Source: Bacteroidota bacterium (GTDB taxonomy: Bacteria; Bacteroidota; Bacteroidia; Flavobacteriales_D; Sanyastnellaceae). Taken from it: a stretch of DNA of 35,195 nt. Made by a program: the position numbers and the translations under genes. The notes under the pieces are model-generated. The model was given only the letters and a program-made list of their open reading frames with translations. It was not told the origin of the DNA and did no database searches. This document shows positions 1 to 10,800 of this stretch, one piece after another. The stretch is from the NCBI GenBank assembly GCA_046047375.1, contig JBJOIB010000268.1, forward strand, positions 1 to 35,195. The letters are read 5' to 3'. Every line of letters starts with the position of its first letter. The stretch's first letter is position 1.

Positions 1-982
1 TCGTGATTTCTAGCACGCCTGCGCCGCAACAGTTATCAGTGGCATCAATTCCGAATCCGATGATATCTCCCGCATTGGCGAAAAACGAAACATGTCCGAA
101 CTGGTCATTTGCCTGATTTGGATTACCAAGCTCATCGAATTCTGTAACGAGATCGATACGTTCACCGTTGATATAGTAGGCTATATCGTATGTCCAATCT
201 TCATCAGAAGTGGAGTAATACCAATCAAACTCGAACGTTCCGCTATTATCGGCTTCAATGGTCACTTGGGTGAGCGGATTTACAGCTCCGCTATCATCAT
301 TTGAACTAGTAATTGTAAGTGATTGTTCCTGGAAGCTAATGTCGCCACCAGAATCCAATTGGAAGATCCAGTTCCATTGAGAATAATAATTCGTGAAATA
401 ATGACCAACGCCATTGCTATCAACCAGGTTATCGCATGGATCCCAGTACAAGCACGATCCATCATCGGTGGTAGCTGCGGGGTGGTAGTTGTAAGCATCG
501 TCATCTGTACAACCTGAAAAATCCTCAGGGAAGAGCATAGCACACAAGCCTGATTCTTCCGAATATTCAATCAGTCCGGTTTCAGGATTATACATACCCA
601 TTCCCCCGGCTTCATTGGCAGTGATGTAGAAAACATTTCCACATCCCTCGAAAGACATCACTTGTTCACCATTCAGGTAAATCCAGCCGTCTTCATTGAA
701 GGTGTAATATTCGCCATCTGTTCCATATATGTACGATGGATCAGAGCAATCTACTTCAACAAACATCCAGCTTGTATTGAGCAGGTCTTCAGCAAGACCG
801 TAGAGGCAAGAGCCATCATCGAGGATTGCCGTTTCATTGAAGTTACAGGCTTCGGGGTCAGTGCAACCCGGCAAAATATCGCCTTGATTTGATAGAATGG
901 GGTTAGTTACCCCTTGGGCTTGCAATACCGTTGTTGCCATAGCGGCACAGCATACAAGCAAGAATCGTAAATAGAACATCAT
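1..982 (-). CDS. Secreted cysteine-repeat protein; only the N-terminal ~327 codons are present because the C-terminus is cut by the window edge
   Basis: It is absent from the ORF track because it runs off the 5' edge. My hand translation of the minus strand from ATG 982-980 (MMFYLRFLLVCCAAMATTVLQAQG...) stays open down to base 2. The N-terminus is hydrophobic and signal-peptide-like. There are two GCTD..A.N.N...DDGSCLY modules, at 800-868 and 446-514. Confidence 0.75.
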   Translation of the reverse strand, partial: MMFYLRFLLVCCAAMATTVLQAQGVTNPILSNQGDILPGCTDPEACNFNETAILDDGSCLYGLAEDLLNTSWMFVEVDCSDPSYIYGTDGEYYTFNEDGWIYLNGEQVMSFEGCGNVFYITANEAGGMGMYNPETGLIEYSEESGLCAMLFPEDFSGCTDDDAYNYHPAATTDDGSCLYWDPCDNLVDSNGVGHYFTNYYSQWNWIFQLDSGGDISFQEQSLTITSSNDDSGAVNPLTQVTIEADNSGTFEFDWYYSTSDEDWTYDIAYYINGERIDLVTEFDELGNPNQANDQFGHVSFFANAGDIIGFGIDATDNCCGAGVLEIT

Positions 983-1116
983 AGAGTGAAAATTTATGAG
1001 CGCAACTTAGTACGCTCTAGGGTGTTAAAATGTAGGAACTACCCTTACGATGGTGTAGGGAGTTCGGAGGCGTTTACGGTGTGGGGTAAAAGAAGGTTTT
1101 AAAAACCGTTATTCTT

Positions 1117-1160
1117 TATACGCAAAATGACTATTTAGGCAAATAGTCATTTTGCGTATA
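1117..1160. repeat. Perfect 20-bp inverted repeat with a 4-nt spacer (TATACGCAAAATGACTATTT-aggc-AAATAGTCATTTTGCGTATA)
   Basis: Read directly: arm 1117-1136 is the exact reverse complement of arm 1141-1160. It sits between the tRNA-Arg terminator and the start of the 1-982 CDS. Function is unknown. Confidence 0.9.
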
Positions 1161-1206
1161 GCATTCAATTATTTGATTATCAATCTCATAAGAAATTTTT
1201 TAGCCT

Positions 1207-1235
1207 ATAAAAAAAGGCGGACACACATCCGCCTT
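1207..1235 (-). terminator. Rho-independent terminator downstream of tRNA-Arg
   Basis: The minus-strand sequence reads AAGGCGGA-tgtgtg-TCCGCCTT followed by TTTTTTTAT. That is an 8-bp GC-rich stem with a 6-nt loop and a T-run, 26 nt past the tRNA 3' end. Confidence 0.7.
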
Positions 1236-1260
1236 CCGAAGCCTCAACTTCTTCACCTTG

Positions 1261-1332
1261 TAGCCCCGCCAGGGATCGAACCTGGATTTTAGGTACCGGA
1301 AACCTACGCACTATCCATTGTACTACGGAGCC
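1261..1332 (-). tRNA. tRNA-Arg (anticodon CCG)
   Basis: Hand-folded 72-nt cloverleaf. Acceptor GGCTCCG/CGGGGCT (two G-U pairs), D stem GTAC/GTGC, anticodon stem TAGGT/ACCTA with loop TT-CCG-GT, and T arm CCAGG-TTCGATC-CCTGG. CCA is not encoded. Confidence 0.9.
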
Positions 1333-1510
1333 GCGGCAAATATACTAACATTGAACAATCTCAACTACCCTCTCACCATTCCATGCCCAAAAAAAATCAC
1401 CCAAACAAGGTATTGACTGAATATCAAGCTTCAATGACCTTTGTAACATGGAAAATACACCCGCTTCCTTCTGCATTCTCCTCGAATTAGCCCAAACCAG
1501 CGCTAAATTC

Positions 1511-1532
1511 AAAAAGAAGTGCTGCAAAGCAC
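1511..1532 (-). terminator. Weak candidate terminator after the M1 peptidase gene
   Basis: The minus strand reads GTGCT-ttgc-AGCAC followed by TTCTTTTT. The stem is only 5 bp. Confidence 0.3.
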
Positions 1533-1576
1533 ACAAAAAAGGAAACCGATGCAAAAAATGCCCGGGAAAGAAGTAA

Positions 1577-4500
1577 TCAATTCAGTTGACTACGCACCAA
1601 TCTGAATGGATTCATAGCGTCCAAATTCAACAAGAATGTGATGTTCTGTGCAATGTTGAAGTCATTCTTATCCAACATCTCCTCGCTCACCAACGGCATG
1701 TAAAGCTCCATCATTCCTTCCCAAAGGGTGAATTTAAGTCCCGCCGCATATGTGAAATCTTCTTTTAAAACTGCAATTGTACCAACACTGCCATCTTCGT
1801 ACACAAAGCCAGAATTCGAGATTCGTATAAACTGCGAATCAGACAACATCACGCCTCCGTAAACTGAACATATGGGCACCTTTGGAATGTCTGCCTCAAC
1901 CGAGAACACACCCATGTAACTGTAAACCGACTTCATCAAATGCAAGCCCCCCATCGATGTGTAAACTTGCCTGTTGAAGAAATCCGAACTTTCGAACCCG
2001 CGAGACAAATATGTGTAATCCGCACTAGCATCATTCGTACCTCCCCAACCTGCTCCATTCAGAGTAAAAAACGAATCTGAATATCCCGCATGGAGCCGCC
2101 ATGTTATGTTCTTGTTCTTCATGTAAGGAACTATGCCAGTGTACTGAAACTGATACGTCTCAATTCCATTGTACCGAATATCAAAATCAAACCGATGAGA
2201 TACCACACCATCACGTGAAGCACTGTACCTGAGCCAAATTAGATCTCTGTTACTCGATACTCTATTGGTCCCACTTTCTCTAGACCGCGTCAATTTGTAT
2301 TCCGTCTCCGTATAAAACCAAACATACTCTGCTGACAAAGTAGACTGCCAAGGTAAATCCGGACGACGATTGAAGCGGTGCTCAAAGCCGAATGAAGTTC
2401 GCACATAATCAACATTATTCGTAGAATAAATGGCATTGCTATCACCCTTGTAGTATCTAAAAGTCTTGGACTTCAGATGAAAAGATGTTGCCCCAGCAAA
2501 GTAGGAAACTCTACCGAAACCGGTCAAAGTATTGCTTTCAAAGGCAAACATCGGAGTAAGTGAAAACTCAAACTTACGCATCGGCAAGGTGGCATTGTGC
2601 AAATTCAATCCAACCATTGCACCATTCTGCATATTCCAACCTATCACGGGTGTCCAAAATAACTGGGTCGAATTCGGATCTTCCACGCCTGTTAAAAAGC
2701 GCAAACGAAAAGGCTCCACCGTTCCTAATATCTCCTGGGTTCGAACGGTATTGTTGTGCCTGTTAACATCCAACATCTGCTCGTTGCCATCCAATCGCAC
2801 CACATCTGTAGCATGCGGAATTTCAATCACACGGCGCTCACCGGGAGCCATTACAGGATAAAACTGATTGAATACTTCTTTTCCTTCACTATAACCACTG
2901 AGCTGAAAAGGCCCGCTAACGTCTCCTTTATTTTTAACCCTCACTCGGGTGATGCTTCCCGCTGAGTTGCCTGACCGGAGCGCGAAGTCCACATCACCTG
3001 TGGTTTTTACCAAATCGTCAAAAAACCATCCTAACGATTCGCCTGTGCTTGCCTCCAATGAAGCTCTTAAATCTTCCGGTGAAGGATGCTTGAATTTCCA
3101 AGCTTCAAAGTAAGCCTGCATCGCCGCATCAAATCGGGCATCACCTAAATAACCTCGGAGATAGTCAAAGGCAACAGCTGTTTTCTTGTAAACCACTGTT
3201 CCGTAATTCATGCCCGTAAACTCATTGGAATGACACTGCATCGGTTGGTTGGTTGCGCCACGCGCTGTGAGCAAGTACGCATACTCATCGGTTGTGCGGT
3301 AAGAAAACTTGTTCAAACCTAATTTTTCGCTGGCTTTCTCCGGCATCATTCCTTCCATCAAATACAATGTATCCTGATGCTTGGTGCGCATGTACCTCGT
3401 TTCATTGAACGAGTTTATCCCTTCGTCCATCCACGCATTATCTCGTTCATTCGAACCGAGTATCCCATAAAACCAATTATGGCCTACTTCATGCACAATT
3501 ACGAGTTCCAGTCCAATTGCTGTTCCCGTGCTCCCAATCACCGTTACATTCGGATACTCCATGCCTCCACCCGCAGATATGGTTCCATCAACTGCTGTAA
3601 CTTGATTGTAAGGGTAATCCCCATTCCACAAGGAGTAATAGTATGTACCATCGTGTAAGTACTCAGGTGCCTTCTCCCATAAATCCGCACTCTCAGGTGT
3701 AAACATAGACCAAGTCGTAACGGTTCTGCCCGAATTCGGCAAAACCACCTCCCCTTTCAAAACGTGCCAACGCTTATCAGCGAACCAAGCGAAATCATGC
3801 ACATTGTCTTGGGTATACCGAATAGTCTTTTGCTGTGTAGAGCTAGGTGGAAAAGCATTGTCTTTAGCCAATTCCCCAGCACGGGTAGCCTGATCTCGAC
3901 GATTTAAAAATTCAACCTCTGAAGGTGTTTGCAAATCCCCTGTAGCCCCTACCACGTAGTTGTCAGGTAAAGTGATCGTCACATCAAATGAGCCATACTC
4001 GGAGTAAAACTCCCCCTGATTCAAATAGGGCATCGGATGCCATCCATCCCGATCATAAACAGCTGGCTTGGGATACCACTGCGTAATCTGATACGATTCT
4101 CCTATATGCCCCAAGCGCGAAATCCTGCCACTCGGCAGCTTCACCTTAAAGGGCGTCGCTAATGTTAACGTTGCTCCCGGCGCAAGTGGCTGTCGTAACA
4201 TCACTTTCGCAATGTCTATATGCTCTTCGTCATAACTCCATTCCACTTCCTGTCCATTCACTGTGAACGCCAACCCATCAATGTATCCAAGCTCCTTCTC
4301 CATCGCATAGAACATGAACCGATCACCATCTCTTAATTTCTGCTTTGCCAATGCGGTTCGCGCATTCTTGTATGCGTTTGGCCACAAATGGATATAGAGA
4401 AATGTCAGTGCATCGGGGGAATTGTTGGTGTACTCCATGGAGATAGCTCCCGTCAAGGAATGTTCAACATCGTTCAACGACACCTCAATAGTATAATTGA

Positions 4501-4588
4501 CTTCTTGTTGGAAATAGGCTGTTGATTGAGCGTTCACCACAGAACACACAGCAAAGAGACACAGAAAAATGACCGAAAGCGTTTTCAT
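1577..4588 (-). CDS. M1-family (gluzincin) metallopeptidase with signal peptide and a ~380-aa beta-rich C-terminal extension
   Basis: 1003-aa ORF. The N-terminus MKTLSVIFLCLFAVCSVVNAQ is signal-like. HEVGH lies at residues 366-370 (DNA 3473-3493), followed 18 residues later by the E in WMDEG, which is the HEXXH-X18-E signature of family M1. Confidence 0.9.
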   Translation of the reverse strand: MKTLSVIFLCLFAVCSVVNAQSTAYFQQEVNYTIEVSLNDVEHSLTGAISMEYTNNSPDALTFLYIHLWPNAYKNARTALAKQKLRDGDRFMFYAMEKELGYIDGLAFTVNGQEVEWSYDEEHIDIAKVMLRQPLAPGATLTLATPFKVKLPSGRISRLGHIGESYQITQWYPKPAVYDRDGWHPMPYLNQGEFYSEYGSFDVTITLPDNYVVGATGDLQTPSEVEFLNRRDQATRAGELAKDNAFPPSSTQQKTIRYTQDNVHDFAWFADKRWHVLKGEVVLPNSGRTVTTWSMFTPESADLWEKAPEYLHDGTYYYSLWNGDYPYNQVTAVDGTISAGGGMEYPNVTVIGSTGTAIGLELVIVHEVGHNWFYGILGSNERDNAWMDEGINSFNETRYMRTKHQDTLYLMEGMMPEKASEKLGLNKFSYRTTDEYAYLLTARGATNQPMQCHSNEFTGMNYGTVVYKKTAVAFDYLRGYLGDARFDAAMQAYFEAWKFKHPSPEDLRASLEASTGESLGWFFDDLVKTTGDVDFALRSGNSAGSITRVRVKNKGDVSGPFQLSGYSEGKEVFNQFYPVMAPGERRVIEIPHATDVVRLDGNEQMLDVNRHNNTVRTQEILGTVEPFRLRFLTGVEDPNSTQLFWTPVIGWNMQNGAMVGLNLHNATLPMRKFEFSLTPMFAFESNTLTGFGRVSYFAGATSFHLKSKTFRYYKGDSNAIYSTNNVDYVRTSFGFEHRFNRRPDLPWQSTLSAEYVWFYTETEYKLTRSRESGTNRVSSNRDLIWLRYSASRDGVVSHRFDFDIRYNGIETYQFQYTGIVPYMKNKNITWRLHAGYSDSFFTLNGAGWGGTNDASADYTYLSRGFESSDFFNRQVYTSMGGLHLMKSVYSYMGVFSVEADIPKVPICSVYGGVMLSDSQFIRISNSGFVYEDGSVGTIAVLKEDFTYAAGLKFTLWEGMMELYMPLVSEEMLDKNDFNIAQNITFLLNLDAMNPFRLVRSQLN

Positions 4589-4749
4589 TGGCAGTGGAAA
4601 TATGTTAGTTCTAATAGCAACTCAAATTACTATAAAAAACAAAAGCCAGAAAAAATAGAACAAGATATTATTCGATCTAAGGTTGGTCAACTCTTCTCCG
4701 TCACTCAAAAAAGGGGTAAAACACCTAATTGAGAACACCTGGTTATTAG

Positions 4750-4782
4750 AAATGAAAAGGGCCATCTTGAACAGACAGCCCT
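4750..4782 (-). terminator. Candidate rho-independent terminator after the 2026-aa gene
   Basis: The minus strand reads AGGGCTGTC-tgttcaa-GATGGCCCT, a 9-bp stem with two G-U pairs, followed by TTTTCATTTCT. It lies about 20 nt past the stop codon. Confidence 0.4.
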
Positions 4783-4803
4783 CCTCTAAATCATTCAGAA
4801 ATT

Positions 4804-7800
4804 TTAGCCGCAGGCCTGACCCAACATGCTCAACAGAATAAGCAGGTCTGCTGTATTCACAGCCCCATCGTTGTTCATATCAGCAGCGCCGCAGTTGCTC
4901 GTACATCCCATGTTGGAAAGTAAAATCAACAAATCGGCAGTGTTAACTAACCCATCGTTGTTGAGGTCAGCAAAACAAGCAACTTCTCCCGGACCTATTG
5001 TTCCGTCGCAGTTGTTATCTACCCCATCAGCTGTTGGTGGTGCTCCAGGGTACACCAGTGGATTGGAATCATCACAATCTGAAGAATCCAACACATATCC
5101 TGACTGCACCTGGCACAACTGAACCGGCTCATTCACATCTCCAAACCCATCGCCATCACTATCCAGATAGAAGGTGAATAGCTCTTGTGTAGGATTGAAT
5201 ACATCCGGACAATTGTCTATGTCATCAGGCACGCCATCACCATCCGTATCCAAACCGATGCATTCGAACTGAATGATCAACGGCGACGACTGGTCTGATC
5301 CACAGATGTTTGAAACCACCACGAAAATCTCCCCTGTTTCCAGAGTCACGTTATTGAAGTCCAACCCGATGTTATTCGAATTGTTTCCACTTACAATGGT
5401 GGTACCCGCAGGCAATGTCCATGTGTAATTGGTCGCATTATCAACCGGTTCGAGGTAATAAGCGGCGTCATCCGTGAGCGGACAGATGGTTGTTGCGCCT
5501 GAAATGAGTGAGGTAATCACCGGCGTTTCAAGTACATCTACCATAAATTCAGTTGGCACACTGTAGCAACATGCTTCACTCTCTTGAACGCACAAATACG
5601 TGCCCTCGATAGCTTCAGAAACGTTCGTACGCGTCCATGTAAGCCCACTGAACGATTGTCCGTCAGGTCCGTACCATGTCACAGGGTAGCCCTGATCCAC
5701 AGCGGTCAAAACAAGATTATCGCCACCGCACAAGTCGATTGAAAGATCAACCACTTGCGGAGCTGCAGGCGGGTTGCACATGTTGAATGACGAAGTTCGT
5801 GTGATGCCCCAACGTCCGTCCGCATTTTTAACACGAACAGAAATGAGGTGCTCTCCCGGACTCAATCCTGCGATATCGATATCGTAAGAGGCCGTCACAA
5901 CAGGTGCACTTGGATCAACGATCAATTGTAACGCGTTGCCCGGACCCGGATCAGCGCTGTCGAAGAAGTATTCTCCAACAACGATGTCGGCCGCCGGTTC
6001 TTGCGGAAGCACATCTTCCTCGCTGAGGTACACTCCAAGGAAGGTAGCCATACCCCATTCACCTTGCGCATCTCGCATTCGAACTCCCAGCACGTGATAA
6101 CCTTCTGTGAGTCCAACGGTTGGGATATCAGCAATCGATCCTACCACGTTACCTTGAGTTACCGGAATCGCAATACCATTGCCAACTCCCGGATCGCCGT
6201 TCCAGAAATACTCTCCTGCAAAAACGCCATCGGAAACAATCACATTCGCTACCGAAGCAACTGCAGTGCTTGTACAGGTTCCATCGCTCACCGTAACTTC
6301 ATAGCTACCGGAGCTCAGTGAAGTGATTCCTGCCGTTGTAGCACCTGTACTCCAATCATACGAGTAAACATAGGCGCTTCCACCAGAGGCAATCACAATA
6401 GCGCTACCGTTACCTAAGTTGTTGGTTTCAGCGTTGACAATTATTTCTGCCTGAACGGCAGGATACACAACAACATCAACCGATTCAGACACATACGTAT
6501 TACCGAAAGCATCTTCAAATGAGCAGAAATAGGTGCCCGATGTTTGAACCGAGATTGAATTCGACTGTACTCCGTTATTCCAAATAACATTGGATCCAAC
6601 CGGTGCGGTCAAAATAACCTCACCGCCCTCACAAAAAGTTGTTAAGCCATTTACGTCCAATGCAGTACTTACAGGCTCGCCAATGGTGATTGTAACAACT
6701 TCTATATCGTTGCAATCTCCTCCGTTAGAAACCATCAAGGCTACTTGATACTCTCCCGGTTGAGGGAAGGTGTGAGTAGTTGTGGCTCCAGAAGCGTCAG
6801 CATTGCCGTCACCATCAAAATCCCACCCGAAGGTTGCTTCAGGCAATAAGTTCGATGAAGTACTCACAAAATCCACTACGGTTCCTCCTGCGATGTTCTG
6901 CTGAGCATCGAAAGAAGCTACAGGAACCGCACAAGGCACCTGCTGTACCGTAAAGTATGACGTCCGGGTAACCGACCATTTGTCGTTCAAGTCTTTGGTT
7001 CGCACGTTCAGCCTGTGAACCCCTGGTAACAAGCCTGCTACTTCAATAGCAGCTACTTGTTGCAAATTCACCCCCGGTTGTACAGGAATATCGATTGCCA
7101 TTCCAACACCTGGATCTTGCGCATCGAAGAAATACTCGGCGGCAACAATCGGGAAGGTAGCATCCGGCAAGTTCGACGGAATCGTGATTTCGATAACGAA
7201 GAACGTTGAACGCACAAACCCCCAATGCCCGTTATCATCTTTCATCCGCACATTAATTTTGTGCATGCCAGGTTCTAACCCTGCAGCATCAACAGAGGCC
7301 GTGAAATCGATGTTTGTATCTGGCACTGGCAACTCAAAGCCAAAGCCATTTCCAATCCCTGGATCCTGGTCATCGAAAAAGTACTCCCCGCGTAAGATAT
7401 CCACCGCAGGTGTAGTAACGACTTCTGGATTCTCATCGTCCAAGTAAACAGAAAACGTGCGGGTAATTCCCCAACGTCCGTTCACTTCCTTGGCGCGCAA
7501 TGATAACTGATGATAACCAGCCGTCAGGCCGATGGTCTCAATATTCAAATACGTGTCAATTTCGATGTTCTCAGGAATCAACAGAGGCGTTCCGTTTCCA
7601 ACCCCGGGATCTTCTCCGAAGAAATACTCGGCTTCGACTAACCCAACTATTGGTTCAACGGTTTCGTTAGCAATCACCACAGCTATTGTTTGCGAACAAG
7701 TGCCGTCCGAAATCACAGCTGTGTAATTTCCTGCGGCCACTCCTGCAATAATCGCTGTTTGCTCACCTGAAGACCACTGGATGTCGTAACTGAAGGAGTT

Positions 7801-10800
7801 GCCTCCTGATACGAACAAGGCAGCACTGCCATTCATCAAACCATTCGTTGAAGCTACCACATCGGTTTCAATAGTCATGGCAGGATAAGCCTCCACTTCT
7901 ACTGTTTCAGACACCCATCCAAAGCCATTCGCATCCACAAAATAGCATTGGTAGAATCCAGATTCCGACACTTCAATGGACTGTGTTTGCTCCAGGGTGT
8001 TCCAAACATATCCTGACCCAGCTGGGGCAGTCAATACAACAGAACCCGGAGAACAAAAGGCAAGCGCTCCACTGGCTACAATACTCAGATCGGTGAGCGG
8101 AAGAACATCCACCCATTGCACAATTGAAGTCGTACACGTAATTCCGTTTCCAGCAGTTAACGTTACAGGGTATGTTCCCGGACCGCTAAACGAAGCCGTA
8201 ATTGTAGCCCCTGTTCCATCAACAACGCCATCTCCATCCACATCCCACGTGATTACCCCTCCTGATTCTAAACCTGTGGTTGTAGAAGAAAGGAGAAGTT
8301 GATTTGGACCGATGGTACTCACCGTAAATGATGGCTCTGGAACCGTGCAAGCGGGCTCAACCACATTAAACACATGTGTTCGAGTGATCGACCATTGACC
8401 CCACACATCCAACACACGAATGCTGATGCGGTGCGAGCCGACGCTTAATCCGGTAACATCACATTCGGCAGGGAATTGAACATCCGTGCCTGCCGCTAGC
8501 TGCAATGGAGTAGCATTACCCGGCCCCGGATCATTGTTATCGAAGAAGTATTCAGCTTCTACAATAGGCAAGTGAAAGTCCGGGAGAAGTGGAGGAAGAA
8601 TGTAATCAACCGCAAAAATGGTTGATGCCGTTATACCCCAAGCTCCATCTGCATCCCTAAATCGGAATGAAATGCGGTGCTGTCCGCCAGACAAACCTGT
8701 TGTTGGCACGGGCTCCAGCAATGACAGTGATTCTCCGGCAACAAGCGCAGTAATTGGAATTCCATTACCTGCACCCGGATCGGTTTCATCGAAGAAATAC
8801 TCACCCGCAACAATCTGCAACGCCTGGTAATCAATCACCTCAGCATCAGGATCGTTCACGAAAACATTGTGGGTGCGGGTCATCCCCCATTCGCCCTCTG
8901 CATCCTGAAGACGCACTGAAATGGAGTGAAAACCAGCACTGAATCCCGCTAGGTCTACGTTTATCGGTGCGTTGATTTCTTGTCCCGAAGCCAAGGTAAA
9001 GGCTGTTCCGCTTCCTACGCCTGGATCTGTATCGACGAAATACTCCCCGCGCACTACCCCTTGGAGTGGCGCCACAAGCTCGTTTGCAATAACAAATGGA
9101 ATGTCAACACTACAAATGCCATTGGTCACTTCCACTGAATAGCTTCCAGGCGTAAGCCCCGAAATTCCCGGTGTTGTTTCGCCCGTACTCCAGCTAAAAC
9201 TGTAGCTCGGAAATTCGAACTCATTCCAAACCGGAATCACATTTCCATTTTCGCCATTCACGGCATCTGTGATCGAAAGTGAAACCACTGGCAAAGGGTT
9301 TACTACAATCTCAACAGATGAAGAAATGTAGTCGAAGCCTCCGGAAGTGAGCACACACGAATAAAGACCTGCTTCATTCACTTGAATCGACTGAGTGGTC
9401 TCACCATTGCTCCAAGCATAAGCATCGCTCACCGGGGCAGTTAAGGTGACAAACTCATCTGCACAAATCACAGTTTCACCAGTTACCACCAGCTCAGCAG
9501 GCAAATCGCCCACTTGCACGAGGTCAATGTATGTTGAAAATGCTATGTTCTCTTCATACAAGTCAACAACCTCAGTTACAGATAACTCAGTGTCGAAAAT
9601 GCGCACTTTATCCATCGAGCCTTCTGCCAACGACGCATAGTTAAGCAAGAGTTCATCGGCGAAGATACCCGAGTAAGAAAAAGTTGCGCTGCTGGTTTGA
9701 ACGCCATTCAAATAAGCTTTCGTTTCTCCGGTTGTCCCATTTACGGTGAGTGCAAAGTGTGCCCACGCATTTCCGTTGTACAAGTTAGAGTTACCGGCGT
9801 AAATGCTGTTACCTCCAATTTGGTGGTATCCAGAAACGACACCGCGATAGCCGTTAGCTGGATTAGAACCCAATGACAGCAATGCATACGCATAAGCACC
9901 TTTAAACCAGTAAGATATGGTAAAATCACCTAGCGTTACAGGAGTTGCCGATGCTTCATACATGCCACCATCAAGATCCAAAGCGCCTAGAATATCACCT
10001 TCTTTCCCTGGAGTGAACATTACACCATTCGATCCTGAAAGCGGCGAAAACAAGCCTTGTTCATCTTGTGCAGATGCCTCAAAGAATTCATAATTCACAA
10101 GAGCGTTATCCACCAATGGTGTTTCATCATCCACTACAGTGAGTTTCACCTCATAAATACCCGGCCCTGGAAAGGTGTAGTTGAACGATGATCCGTTGCT
10201 CTCAACAGTTCCATCAGCGAACACATCCCAGCTGTATATAGCGTTTCCAGATGCATTTTGTGAATCACTTGTGAAATTCACTGCAACACCCGGCATTGGG
10301 TTATTTGGTGAGTAGGTAAAGTGTGCAATCAACGGAGACGGATCTTCGTTGCCGTATTGCACTTCCCTCCATTCGGCTAAAGACCATTTCCCGTCTTGCG
10401 ATAAAACACGCATTCCGAGTAAATGGGTTCCTTCAGTCGAAGGGGGTGGTATAGACATTTGTACATCGTTTCCATTCGCTGGGAAATACATCGGAATACC
10501 ATTGCCCGCGCCGGGGTCAGTATCCCAAAAGTATTCTCCTCCTACCAGCGTTAGCACCTGAGGTAACTCAGGAAATGCATACGCGGTAACGTTTACGAAA
10601 AACGATGTCGTCGAGGTCATTCCATAAACGCCAAACTGATCTTTGAATCGAACCGAGAAGGTATGAAATCCCGCTTCGAGTCCTAAGGTTGGACCGTTAA
10701 TGGTAATGTCCACTTGCGAATCAGGCAGTATGGCTATTGGCACTCCTAATCCGGGACCCGGATCATCATCGAAGAAATACTCTCCTTCAATGAGGTTTTG

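Noticed and set aside
1345-1554. 69-aa minus-strand ORF between tRNA-Arg and the M1 peptidase gene.
   Set aside because: It has low-complexity sequence and no recognisable motif. It occupies the spacer that should hold the peptidase terminator and the tRNA promoter.
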